From Emiliania huxleyi CCMP1516 (lineage: Eukaryota), in NCBI RefSeq assembly GCF_000372725.1, contig NW_005201338.1:104041-168040 (forward strand): 64,000 bases of DNA, in the 5' to 3' direction. Within the stretch, counting starts at the first letter, position 1, and the number at the start of each line of letters is the position of its first letter. Made by a program: the position numbers and the translations under genes. The notes beneath the pieces were generated by a model, which was not told the DNA's origin, searched no databases, and saw nothing but the letters and a program-made list of their open reading frames with translations. Shown one piece after another: positions 37,470-48,375 of this stretch.

Positions 37470-40045
37470 CCTACCAATACACCAATGCTGAAGTGCTCAG
37501 TGGAAAGGAGGATTTCAGGTATAATTCATGTATGGGAGTATGCGAGTAGAACACTGCTGAACTGAAATACACACGTATTTCCAGTCCAATCACAAGTACA
37601 CATACTTTAATACTTGATTTTATCTCTTTCAGTGTGTGGGCGAAGTAGCGGAGTAACTGGGAGGCTGCGGCGCAATACGACGCAATATGGCAGTAGGCGC
37701 GGCACGCTAGGACGTATGCAGGTACGCCGGGCGCCTCCCACAGTATGGGTACTGGTGTACTGCATCATACTTGGGTATGTCGAGCCTTGGAGTATCGCAG
37801 TATCTCGGAAGCACCAGTGCAGTATCTGCCAGTATTCTCCAGTATTCTCCAGTATGGCCCAGTACAGCAGTATGAGGGGAGGCATCGGGCCAGACAGTGA
37901 CACAGCAGGTAGCGCGCCTCTGGCTCAATTTTGCTCTTCTTGAAACCGGTGATGCTGCGCAGTTTTGCCAGGGCCGCCACTGTCCTCGTGTTTGATCCCG
38001 ACCGAGTGCGCAATGTCTGGAAGCGACACATAATGTGTGCATGTGCATGTGCACATCGAGGGGGAGAGGTGAGAAGCTGGCAATAGCTCCAAAGTCGCAA
38101 TCGTTGGCGTTGGAATGGGACGGCTCGAGCAAATGCATCAATCCCGCAGTGCCGAAGGTAGTGGTAACAGGATGTTGTACGGGGGTGCGCACGGCAAGAG
38201 TTCTCACGAATGCTGGTGCCGGCTGTAGCATGGCGCTGTGTCAGCACAGGAGTATGTCTGGCCAGGCAAGCTGAATGTGGACATCTCGTCCCCGTTCCTA
38301 AATGAATGAAGAGACCAAACTTTGGAGCCGCTCTTGTCCTGGGCAACGTCCTGTCGCGTTTGCCAGTCTGCGGTCGCGCTATCTACCAGCCTCGTTCGTT
38401 GCACCAAGACGGCAGCCGTGCGCACGAGGTATGTGCGTGAGTCGTTTTTGTGTGTGCGGTTCGGGAAACATGCGATTCAATGCGCAGTGGCGCGTCGCCT
38501 TTGCTGGAGAGTCAACAACGGCCTCTCGAGTGGCAAGTCCTCAACATGAAAAAACAAAAGAAGGAGGAGCAGAGTCTTCAATACCTAAATTTGGGGGGAC
38601 GCACGAATATGAGGTTTGTGCGACACATGCATTCGGTCGGCATGCTCGCCCTCGTGGCGGGCATGCCCCTGACCTACACCGTGCGGGACTGTGGCACCAG
38701 GCGCGGTACACTGTATGACACTGGCTTCCTTCCAAGCACGTTGCAGACGGCTTGGGACAAATACAGCGGCGCGGTCGGCAACGTCCTGCCGCCCACCAGA
38801 AGCGACCACAAGCGGATTGTGTGGTCATCTGCTTGCGTGTGCGATGTGTTGTGGCGCAGATTGCGCTTGTGCGATGTGTTGTGGCGCAGATTGCGCTTGC
38901 GTCCCAAGCCATTGGCCTGGTGCAGCGCCAGCCCCCCGTTTTCTGATTCAGTCGCGCAGGCGCGGTCTTTTCTTTTTCCAGGCGCGGTCGGGCACTTGGG
39001 GTGCGGCGCGACTTGCACTAGTGCGCGTTCCGTGGGGCTTGGCGACAGAGCGATCGCCGTGCTGTGGATCATCGGGGCACAAATCCACAAAGGCCTCTCC
39101 TCCCTCCGCGTTGCGACGAGCTCAGCCACAAGTACGACGGTTGCGGACTGCGCATTCTGGGGACGGTGGACACAATCCATTGGTTCATCCCGTCTGGTGC
39201 GTCCCGTCCTAGCACCCCTGCTCGATCGCCGTGTTCCGCCACCACCCACGAGAGTCACATCTCATGAGTCACACCTCGCCACAGTCAAACTCGCATCAGT
39301 GGGAGTGGGAAGAGGCGGCGTGGTGGCTCTGCGTGTGCGTGGGCGCGCGCGCACCTGCAACCACAACCTGTTTGTGATGCCGCTGCAGGATAGGCCGGCC
39401 TCTTCAGGATGCCTCGTTGCCTCTTTAGGACTGCCCATCGACGAGCGCTGGATCAATCCATTGAGCAAGGACCGCCCAGCAGTAGTTGCAGTATGCGGCC
39501 GGCATTAAGCTAGCTAGCCCTTGCAAGGCCAGGTGCGCCGCCGAGCGCCGCTGCTAGCAGTTGCAACCTGGGAGTGTGAGTTCTGGCTCCGGGTGCTCTA
39601 GTGAGTCTGGCAGCCGAGTGGTAGATCCCGCCGCAGCACTGCACATGCACCAGTATGGAGCAGTATTCTCCAGTATTCTCCAGTATGCCCCAGTACAGCA
39701 GTACGGATGGAGCTGTGATGCAGTATCCAAGTATGATTACTTCGCCGTATTGGGATATGGTGCGCATGTGAGGTACAGCAGTAAGGGGAGGTATCTCATG
39801 CAGTATTGCAGTATGATGAGACTGCATGTCGCGTATCAGGCTGTACCCACGTACCGGTTGCGCTGGCTCGGTGTACGGGAGTGGGGATATCTGACCAAAC
39901 TAGAGGAACGCATCAGGGCAGCTATGGCAATATTGGCGGCTATTCTTGCAATATTGTAGTACGACACAGACGCGGCGAGATAAAAATACCTCATATCTGA
40001 GATCCTTCTATCCACTCAAAGCTCGGGGTTGCATATTGCAATAGC
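37470..40045. mobile_element. Putative 2.6-kb degenerate TIR element with CAGTA-rich subterminal arrays; ends approximate
   Basis: Inverted match between 37499-37522 and 39993-40016 (20/24). Direct repeat CAGTATTCTCCAGTATTCTCCAGTATG(G/C)CCCAGTACAGCAGTA at ~37830 and ~39661. Lower GC than neighbouring genes. Confidence 0.55.
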
Positions 40046-40077
40046 TGCACACCACGCCGCCGCGACGGCGCGGTGGC

Positions 40078-41176
40078 ATGGGGAATGCGAACGCCGACGC
40101 GCTGGACGGGTCCACAGCGGTCCGCGAGAGCTGCTACGCCGATCGCAGCGCGGTGGTCACCTGCACCCTGTATAGCATTTGCACTGCGGCGCTGCTGCTG
40201 CTGAACAAAGTGATCATAAGCTATGCGCCGCTGCCGTCGATGGTATCAACGCTTCAGTTCTTGGCGACCGTGCTGGCGGCGCTCTTTGCGATGGTCCAGG
40301 GCGTAGCTCCGGTGGACCGCTTCCTGTGGGAGCGCGCCAGGCATTACCTCCTGTACGTGGCGATGTTTGTGACGACCATCTACTGTAACTTCAAAGTGCT
40401 CGAAGTGTCCAACGTGGAGACTCTGATCGTCGCACGATCCTGCGTGCCGTGCCTAGTCGCGCTGCTCGAGTACGCCTTTCTGGGCCGCCAGCTCCCATCC
40501 TGCCGCTCGTGGCTCGCGATGCTCGTCATGTGCAGTGGCGCGGTGGGCTACGTTATGAGCGACGCGGGCCTTGATGGCAGGGTTGACAGCATACACCTGG
40601 ATCACAGTCTACTTTCTCGTGGTAGCAGTGGAATCCGCCTACGGCAAGCATATCGTTGGCCCACACCTCGGCTTTGGAAGCATGTGGGGTCCGACGCTGT
40701 ACACCAACACTATCTCCATCCCCCCGATGGTCGCTATCGGGCTCCTCTCTGGTGAGCAAGAGGCTCTCTTGCGTCACGCCGACTGCTCCAAGTCCAGCCC
40801 GGTGGAGGATGCCGACTCGAACCAAGCCGTCGTTCTTCTCGTCCTCATCTCGTGCGCTCTCGGCGTGGCTGTCGCGTTCCTCGGCTTCGAGGCTAGGAGG
40901 CTCGTGTCGGCGACGTGCTTCACAGTGTTGGGCGTGGCGGGGAAAATGGCGACGGTGACCGCCAACGGGCTGATCTGGGACAAGCACGCCTCGCCCGAGG
41001 GTATTGCGTTTCTGGCGGCCTGCCTGGCCGGTGCGGCCATATACCAGCAATCTCCGCTGCGAAGCGGGGCGATCCAAAGGAGAGATGACCGCGAGATGAC
41101 GATGCAACCGATTCGTCAGCCGGTGAGCGTGCGCGACGAAGGAGCTAGCGACAGTCCTAGCCACCAGCGTGTGTGA
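40078..41176 (+). pseudogene. Nucleotide-sugar (GDP-mannose/GONST-like) transporter with one frameshift near 40570; pseudogene or assembly error
   Basis: Frame 1 carries LLLLNKVI, SNVETLIVARS and EYAFLGRQLPS. Frame 2 carries LYTNT, VSATCFTVLGVAGK and IWDKHAS. No room for an intron at the junction. Confidence 0.8.
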
Positions 41177-41657
41177 GACCCAAGGTGAGAGTCGTTAGTG
41201 GAATGGGTTGACACATTGTGGCGCGATCGGAGCCGCAGCGTGGGGCTACTGGCCCGCTGGGCGGTGCACTTGTGTGTGTGTAAAAGTTTCTTGACGCACG
41301 ACAAAAAAAGTTCAAAACCCATTTCAAAACGTTCTTCTCCCCGCTCTCTCGGGGGCGCTTCTCCGGTTCATGTCGATGTCGAAACCGCGCGCGTTATCTC
41401 TCGAGTTCGTCTTTAGATCTCTTTAGCACGACACACACGCGTCGCGGTTGTGTCTCAGAGAGTATCCTCCCGCTCTAGTGCGTGTAGTGAGGAGAGGGCT
41501 ACGGTGCGATAGATTGCGATCTATGAAAGCTGGTGGCTGAAGTTGGAGTGGTGAGGTCTAAGCTGTTCTCGCGAGCCGCGCCCCCGCCGCCGCGGCGTGG
41601 AGTGGCGAGCAGTTCAAGTGTGTAGCTGTATCTGGAGCGGGTAAGGAGGGCGTGGCG

Positions 41658-42680
41658 CTAGCGGGCGGCAGCGGCCGCTCGCTCTGCCATGGCCCTGTAC
41701 CACGTGCAGGGCTTGCGATGTTTCCCCCACCAGCCATCCCCGTGGCGGCAAGTCAGGTCGTAGTGGTTGACCGAGGCGAGGTAGTGCTCTCCCCGAGGGT
41801 CGCGAGAGAGCTTGGCTCCCGCAGGGGCGGGGCAGCCGGAGAGCGGCACGACGGCGTCATTCTTCTCGCTAAAGTTCACCCAAGAGGCGAGCGCACGCAG
41901 CTCGACCGAGTTGATGCTCCACAGGCCAAAGGGCGAGTCGCCGCACATCGAGCCGTTGACGCGGCCGAGCCAGGGGCGGAGCCTGGCGAAGGCGGGAGAG
42001 GAGCGAGCGAGCGCCCTGTAAGCCGAGCTCACGCTGCCGTTCGGGCCGTCGCAGAAGCCCACGCGCTTCGCCAGCGCGCGCAGGACCGGCTCGACTGGGC
42101 CGCGGTCGGTCGGCGGCGAGTCTCCGCAGAGCTCCGGGAGCGCCTCGGCCGCCTCGGTTCCCTCCCACGGCGCGCCGACCGAGTACCACGCCGTCGCCTC
42201 GCCGAGCGCGCAGAGCCCGCTCTGCAGGGCGCCGGCGAGGGCGAGGCTTCCCATCGAGTGCGCAAAGATCGTGGTGCAGCGCCGGCGCGGCGACTCGGAG
42301 GCCGGCCGCGTCACGAGATCGCACACGCGCCGCTGGAGCCGCTCGTCCGTCCAGCCGCGGTGCAGCGTGTCCTCGAACATGAAGATGAACTCGGCGCACG
42401 GCCCGCTCAGCTTGTCGTCGACCGAGCCCCAGTAGCCCGGGTCAGACGTCAGCGGCGGCCGCGCGTACCCGTTGCCGGCGCCGTGCAGGAACACGCAGGT
42501 GCAGCCGCCGCCATCCTCCGACCGCCACAGGGACAGGGCACTCGCGGCGAGGCGCGGTAGCGCCAGCGCCAGCAGCGCCACGGCAGCGAGCAGCAGCAGC
42601 AGCAGCAGCGCGCCGGCGGCGCACAGGCGGCGAGACGCCGGCGGAGCTGCGCCGACAAGCACGTAGGGCGTTGACGGCAT
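41658..42680 (-). CDS. Membrane-anchored or secreted lipase-like alpha/beta hydrolase
   Basis: TM helix, VFLHGAG, AHSMG nucleophile motif, NDAVV and NHYD. Confidence 0.8.
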   Translation of the reverse strand: MPSTPYVLVGAAPPASRRLCAAGALLLLLLLAAVALLALALPRLAASALSLWRSEDGGGCTCVFLHGAGNGYARPPLTSDPGYWGSVDDKLSGPCAEFIFMFEDTLHRGWTDERLQRRVCDLVTRPASESPRRRCTTIFAHSMGSLALAGALQSGLCALGEATAWYSVGAPWEGTEAAEALPELCGDSPPTDRGPVEPVLRALAKRVGFCDGPNGSVSSAYRALARSSPAFARLRPWLGRVNGSMCGDSPFGLWSINSVELRALASWVNFSEKNDAVVPLSGCPAPAGAKLSRDPRGEHYLASVNHYDLTCRHGDGWWGKHRKPCTWYRAMAERAAAAAR

Positions 42681-42689
42681 GCCCCGGCA

Positions 42690-43233
42690 ACGCCTTGTCC
42701 AGCGTGTTTCCAAACCCGTAGAGGTGGCCCACCGACGCCACAGTGCCACCACATTGTCCCACGAGCCCCTCCCCACCCACCGTCGTCGACTTGATGAGCG
42801 AGTTCCAGGACTTGACCTCGTAATGCACGTCCCGCATCGCGGCGAAGTCACCGCCGAGCTCGCAGATGTCAGTCACGGACGTGTCGTTGAGGTGCCACGT
42901 CACCTCGGGCTTTTCCTTGTCCCCGAGGATGATGCTGCCAACCGAGCGCGCCCGGATGGCATTCTGGGCGGCCCTTAGCACCCCGTTGTGCTTGGAGGTG
43001 CGGTCGCCCTTGTTGGAGTTGGCGAGGGAGTCGCCCTTGCGCTCTCTCCCACCGACCGACCGTGACGTGCTCGCCCGCAGCGGCCCGCTCGTTCGTCGAG
43101 AGTGGGCGCGATCACCGACAAGTATAGAGCCCGTGCCTGCGCTGCAAGGCGCGCGATACACGTCGCGCGCTGTATGTTCCGACTGCGGCGTGTTTTTGTC
43201 GATCTCCTCGCACGCACGCCGCCAGGCATGCAA
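42690..43233 (-). mobile_element. Remnant of a non-LTR retrotransposon C-terminal restriction-like endonuclease region
   Basis: RTSKHNGVLR (RHN-like), V(T)DI...YEVK (PD-(D/E)xK-like) and GHLYGFGNT. Truncated, with no RT domain visible. Confidence 0.6.
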
Positions 43234-43608
43234 TCAATCCACGCTTCGCGGGCCCTGACAGCCGCGAGCGTGCCCTGTTTCGGGACTGGAGAGGTGCTCG
43301 TCGCCAATTGGCGGGAAGCGCTGCGCCGACGGCAGTATGGACGGGCAGCAGCGGCCGAAAAAGAAAAGAAAGAAAACGGACAACCCAAGGGAGGGATGGG
43401 AGGACGGCACGCCGCCACCACACAGGGATTTTAAGGAGAGGGGTGTGGTGCGCTAGTCGTCGCCCACCCTTGGGCGTCCGCCTCTTCCTATCTCTCTTCG
43501 CAGTCTCTCGCCGATTCTCGCTGCAACCTTCATAATGCCACCTCGCGGTCGTCCCACTCTCGTCGTTCTCTCCCTTGTCGCTTCTTCTTCTGTCGCGTCG
43601 CTCGGCCG

Positions 43609-43850
43609 ATAAATAAATAAATAAAACGGGCACGCCAAACGAGGGGTGGGAGAAGCACAGGGTCCCCACCTGCACGAGCAGGATCTTGTAAGGACGATCA
43701 GGGACACAGGGGAACGGGAGCGGGGAGCGCATCGCGACACGGAGGGGGGCTGGGCAGGGTTCACGGCCCACACGACAGGGTCCCAGGGATTCCTCTCTCG
43801 TATAGGACAGGTTGCACCCGGCGGCACGGGGGCAGGCGCGGGCCTCCTAC
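43609..43850 (-). repeat. Dispersed repeat family B (SINE/LINE 3'-end-like, (TTTA)n tail), longest copy
   Basis: Near-identical to 63158-63286. Diverged copies at 30270 and 45056, and a tail fragment at 16019-16058 (+). Confidence 0.88.
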
Positions 43851-44139
43851 TGGTTGCGCTCTCCTAGTTCTCCACTGCTCCTGACAAGGGACAGCGACAG
43901 GCTCGCAGCACGGTGGACTCCCTATTCCACTGGCGATCTCTCTCGACTAGCGACCTTCCTCCGGCTTCTCACCAGCAGTCTCTCACTACCACGGGCACAC
44001 TGACAGAGGCGGCCAAAAGGCTCACGTGGGTGGCAGGGCGGTGATAGGAGTCTCCCACTCTGTGGGCTTCGCTAGAGGTGCGGCCCCTGCGCGTGTCCTC
44101 GCCCTCTTGCGGTCTTGAAGGGGAAGGGGAAGGGGCTGT

Positions 44140-44145
44140 GTGTCT

Positions 44146-44230
<85 letters not shown>
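44140..44230. repeat. (TG)n microsatellite, about 40 units
   Basis: Directly visible. Confidence 0.98.
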
Positions 44231-44231
<1 letters not shown>

Positions 44232-44777
44232 CTGCGGGCGCTGTGCGAGCCGCCCTGAACGACCACAATGTTGAGCGCGCTCGAGCACCGAAGCGCCGGC
44301 GAGCACCACCGCCCCGCGCCTTGGCGTGGGTCGGTAGTACACGATGCGGCGCCCAGCATGCTCTATCATGCGTCGCACCCGCAGTGGCCGAGCCGACAGC
44401 CGCTCGAACTGGCGCCGAGTGGCTCCCAGATCGAGCGCGGCAGTCTCAGTCGCACCTCGTCGCGGGGCGAACGCGAACCGAGCCGTCGCCGTTCGCCGCA
44501 GCCGCCAGCCGCCAGCCGTCAGCCGTACAGACGTACAGCCGTCAGCCGTCAGCTCGCAGTCGCCGTCGCTGCCGCCGCCGCAGCAGCAGTGAGCGAGCTC
44601 CTGCGTCGTGTTGCCGACGCAGTGTGGACGCGCGCCGCCCAGCGGCGAGCGAGCGTGCTCGTAGTTGGGTCGGCGCGCGCGCGGGCGGACGGCGCCTGTA
44701 AACAGACAGCCTGCACCGCCCACTCGTTCAAAATCAGGAGAGGTACGTCTGGCCGAGCAAAACTGCCATTGGGAGCA

Positions 44778-45038
44778 GCACTTGGAGCACTTGGAGTGCA
44801 GTTATCAGCCTCACATCCAGGGCCGGGGAGCTGAGAAGCGCACCCAGCGGGCCGGATGATCGGGATCGGGCTACGGGCTAGAGAGCCCTGACCCCTAGCT
44901 AGGGAGAATGCGTTCGCGGGGAAGGGGCCGTAAAAAGTAAACACAGGTCTCCGAGGGTTGGACCCGCGTACCGGGCTTCCCCTTAACTGCAGGACGCCCC
45001 CTCTACTCGGAGCTAGTGGACATTACACTGTACACCAC
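44778..45038 (-). repeat. Dispersed repeat family A, copy 2
   Basis: Colinear with 7701-7985. Confidence 0.9.
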
Positions 45039-45055
45039 GCCCAAACACAGACACT

Positions 45056-45260
45056 TATAAATAAATAAATACAACGGACATCCCAAGCTAGGGCTGGGTC
45101 GAGGACAGACACGTCCCCACCTTTGCAGGATTTTGCAAAAGCGAGGGGGGAGGGCGCATCGCCGCGCGGAGAGGGCTGGGCACAGGGCACAGGGGATCTA
45201 TCTCGCATAGGATACGCACTCGGCGGCACGAGGGCAAGGCTGGGCGTCCTATGTTTGTGC
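45056..45260 (-). repeat. Family B-related diverged copy with (TTTA)n tail
   Basis: On the minus strand: GTGCCGCCG, GCCCAGCCC, GCGATGCGC, GGTGGGGAC and TATTTATTTATT in the same order as 43609-43850. Confidence 0.6.
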
Positions 45261-45288
45261 TCCCCCCCGGACCCCTCGCTCTCGGGCA

Positions 45289-46215
45289 CTAACCATCTGA
45301 CCACTCATCGACGGGGCTTGGCGAGCGGCCGCGCTGCGGGGCAGGGCTGGTGAGAATGGGCTCTGGCCACTCGCCCGTGCGGTTGTAACCCCGCATCTGT
45401 CGGACAGAGGCCTCGACCGCCCCTCGCGGCAAGCTCTCGAGCATCTCGAGCAGCTCGCCCGCCGCCATCGCCGCCTCGAACTGCTCCCTCATGCCGAGCG
45501 CGCCGCATACCCTGCGGACCGCCTCCTGCTGCACCTCGTCCGGCGTATCGGTTTCATAGCCGGACGAGTCAGCGGAGGCGGCCCGCTTGGCGGGCGGAGA
45601 GTCGGGCGACGGCGAGCGCGACTGGCGCGAGGGCCCGCTGCCGCGCGCGGACAGCGCGTTCTTGTCAACGAGACGGGGTCCAGCATCGGCACGGCCCCTG
45701 GCACCGCGGCCCTTGCCGCGCTGCTGCTGCCCACGCTTCCTGCCCGGGTTAGGGACAGTGAAGGAGCAGCCGCGCACTCCGCCGCCGCTGGGCGGCGGCG
45801 GCACGCGCGCGGCGGCGGCCGGGCCCGCAGGCGCGGCGGGCTGGCCACCCGCGGTGGCACCCTGCGGCTGCGATGCGGCTGCGGCGGCGTACGTCTTGGG
45901 CGCCGGCTCCGCGGCTGGCGGCGCGGCGGCAGGGGCGGGCGGCGCCGCAGGGCTCGCGCTCGCAGGCGGCTCCGTGGCCTGCGCCTGCCGCTCGTGGCGC
46001 ACGGCGCGCTCGAGCTGCGAGTGCGGGTGCAGCTGTACGATGACGTCGCCGCTCTGCGTCGCGGTGAAGGAGACCGAGTACGGCGCTTCGCCGTCGTTCT
46101 TCTTCTCCGCGTAGACGAGCGCGTAGTCGCACACCTGTCGTTGGTGGTCAGTGAAGATGGTCTCTGTGCAGCGCTCGGCGGAGCCGACGCGAGAGAAGTG
46201 CCGCCTGAACGCCAT
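45289..46215 (-). CDS. Orphan ORF resembling a non-LTR ORF1/gag-like low-complexity protein
   Basis: 308 aa, intronless. TYAAAAA motif followed by a basic RKRG...KGRG tract and SRSPSP. Lies directly upstream of repeats B and A. Confidence 0.45.
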   Translation of the reverse strand: MAFRRHFSRVGSAERCTETIFTDHQRQVCDYALVYAEKKNDGEAPYSVSFTATQSGDVIVQLHPHSQLERAVRHERQAQATEPPASASPAAPPAPAAAPPAAEPAPKTYAAAAASQPQGATAGGQPAAPAGPAAAARVPPPPSGGGVRGCSFTVPNPGRKRGQQQRGKGRGARGRADAGPRLVDKNALSARGSGPSRQSRSPSPDSPPAKRAASADSSGYETDTPDEVQQEAVRRVCGALGMREQFEAAMAAGELLEMLESLPRGAVEASVRQMRGYNRTGEWPEPILTSPAPQRGRSPSPVDEWSDG

Positions 46216-46303
46216 GCGTTCAAACACAGACACTTGCTTAATCCTCGGTGCGAGCCGACTTTCTTTTCGTTTTCGCACTTGGCAACCACCACTCGCTCTC
46301 ACA

Positions 46304-47885
46304 ATGCTCTTCTGCGTGATGCCGGCCGCAGTCTCGCTCGTCTGCAAGACGCCCTCTCGTCCACTTCCGCGCCCGCTCGCCGCGGACGGCGACGGGGAGG
46401 CATCGTTCACGTATGACTCGGTGCAGCGGCGGCTGCCGCTCATCGTCGAGTCCGTCATCGACAAGAACAGCTACAGCGAGGCGCTCCAGGCGGACCTGCG
46501 CTCGCTCGCCGGCGAGATCGCCGCGGGCGAACCGCTCAAGCCGCTGGCCGCGCCTTCAGCAGAGTGGGAGGACGCGCTGGCGCCTCTCCTCGCCGCTGGC
46601 GACACTTGGCTGTCGGCACCGTGGTTTGTTGTGGAGAACTACCTGTACAAGCGGATGCTCGAGCTGACGGACGGACCCACCGGAGGCGCCGACCCGTTCG
46701 CGGCGCAAAAGGCGGAGTCGCTCGACGGCGCCGCCGCCGCCTTTGCTGACATGCTCTCCGCCGGACTCACCGAGGGCGAGGTGTCGCTGCCGTCACTCGT
46801 GAGCACCGCGCTGTGGGGCAACCTCGCCGACCTCTCCCTCTCCGCGGGCGCGGCGCTCATCGCGCCCACCGACGCGTCTGCGGGCGGCGGCGGCGCGGGC
46901 GACGCGTCCAAGCTGGCCGACGCGGGCGGCAAGATGCTCGCCGACGACACGGGCGAGCTGTGCGCGGCGCTCGAGGCGGCTGGCGGCGAGGAGGTTGTGG
47001 TGGTGCTGGACAACTGCGGGCTCGAGCTGGTGTCCGACCTGCTGCTCGTGGACGGGCTGCTGCGCTGCGCCTCGCCCCCGAGGCGCGTGACGCTGCACGC
47101 AAAGGCGAGAGGAGGCGGGCGAGGCTTGCTGCAGCGGTGCGGTGCTGCAGCAGCCGCGGGAGGGCGTCTGCGCGTAGGCGAGGCCCGTCTTCGTGAGCGA
47201 CGTGGTCGAGGCGGACCTGGCTCCGACCCTGGCCTGGCTCGAGGAGCAGGGCGGCGGTCCGCTCGCCGGCCGGCTGCGCGACGCGCTCGCCGACGGCCGG
47301 CTGCTTGTCGAAAGCCCCGAGTTTTACACGGGCCCGAGATAGCCGAGAGATGGCCGAGAGATGGCCGAGAGATGGCCGAGAGATGGCCGAGAGATGGCCG
47401 AGAGATGGCCGAGAGATGGCCGAGAGATGGCCGAGAGATGGCCGAGAGATGGCCGAGAGATGGCCGAGAGATTGCCTCGAGTCGTACACCGGCCCGCCTC
47501 TTCTCTTCGAGGCAGAGAGGATGGCCGCGCGCGCCTCCCCACCTCTCCGCCCCTCCCCTCGCCCGCAGGCCCGCTCCCCTTCTGGGAGATGCCGGACGAG
47601 CTCCACGCGAGGCTCGCCGAGGCGGCGCTCGTCCTCACCAAGGGCGACGCCAACTTTCGGCGGCTGCTCGGCGACCTGCACTGGCCGCACGACACCGACT
47701 TTGCCGACCTGATGCGCGAGTACTGGCCAACCTCGCTCGCCGCGCTCCGCACCTGCAAGAGCGGCGTGCTGGTCGGCGTAGTGCCGGCGGTGGAGGCGGC
47801 GGCGGCCGCGGCGGAGCCGGAAAAGTGGCTGACCGGAGGCGTGTACGGGATGGTCTCCTTTGCGCCAAAGGCGACGCCGAGCTGA
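46304..47885 (+). CDS. ARMT1/DUF89 damage-control phosphatase-like protein
   Basis: Motifs WFVVENYLYKR, DPFAAQK, LWGNLADLS, LDNCGLEL, RPVFVSD, KGDANFRRL and LRTCKS. Introns 47105-47177 and 47332-47568 (both GC-AG). Confidence 0.9.
47341..47472 (+). repeat. 11-bp intronic tandem repeat (GGCCGAGAGAT)n, about 12 copies
   Basis: Directly visible just after the 5' splice site. Confidence 0.95.
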
Positions 47886-48375
47886 CGAGTTACCGGCCAC
47901 TTGCACGGCGTCGCGACAACGAGAGGGCGGCGCGATCAGGCCAGAGTGAGAGACCAGAGAGAGCGCGCGTGTGTCGTCTGTCGAGTCAGACATAAGACAC
48001 TCTAGAGAGGGGCGGCCCAGGACGGAGTGCCAGGAGGTCCCATTTATGCTCACTTGCGGTGATGGTGTGTACGTAGCCCTGCCGTATAGAGTATGTGTTT
48101 AAGCGTGTCCGCACACACAATTTTCACGCCGCTCGGCGCAGTAATTCCCCCAGGCCAGTAAAGTACACACACGCGCGGTGACGGGCGGTGATCGGTGTGT
48201 CGCAGTACACACACTAATTCCCCCATAACGACTTCATGTGAGAAGTGCGGATACGGACACACGGACTGCTGTGCGCACCGCTGTGCGCGCGGCGGTGGGC
48301 CACCGGCGGTGCCGGGCATGCAAACGAGCACCCTCGAGTAGAGACTAGGAGCCGCGGCCGCCCCGCCGGCCCGCC

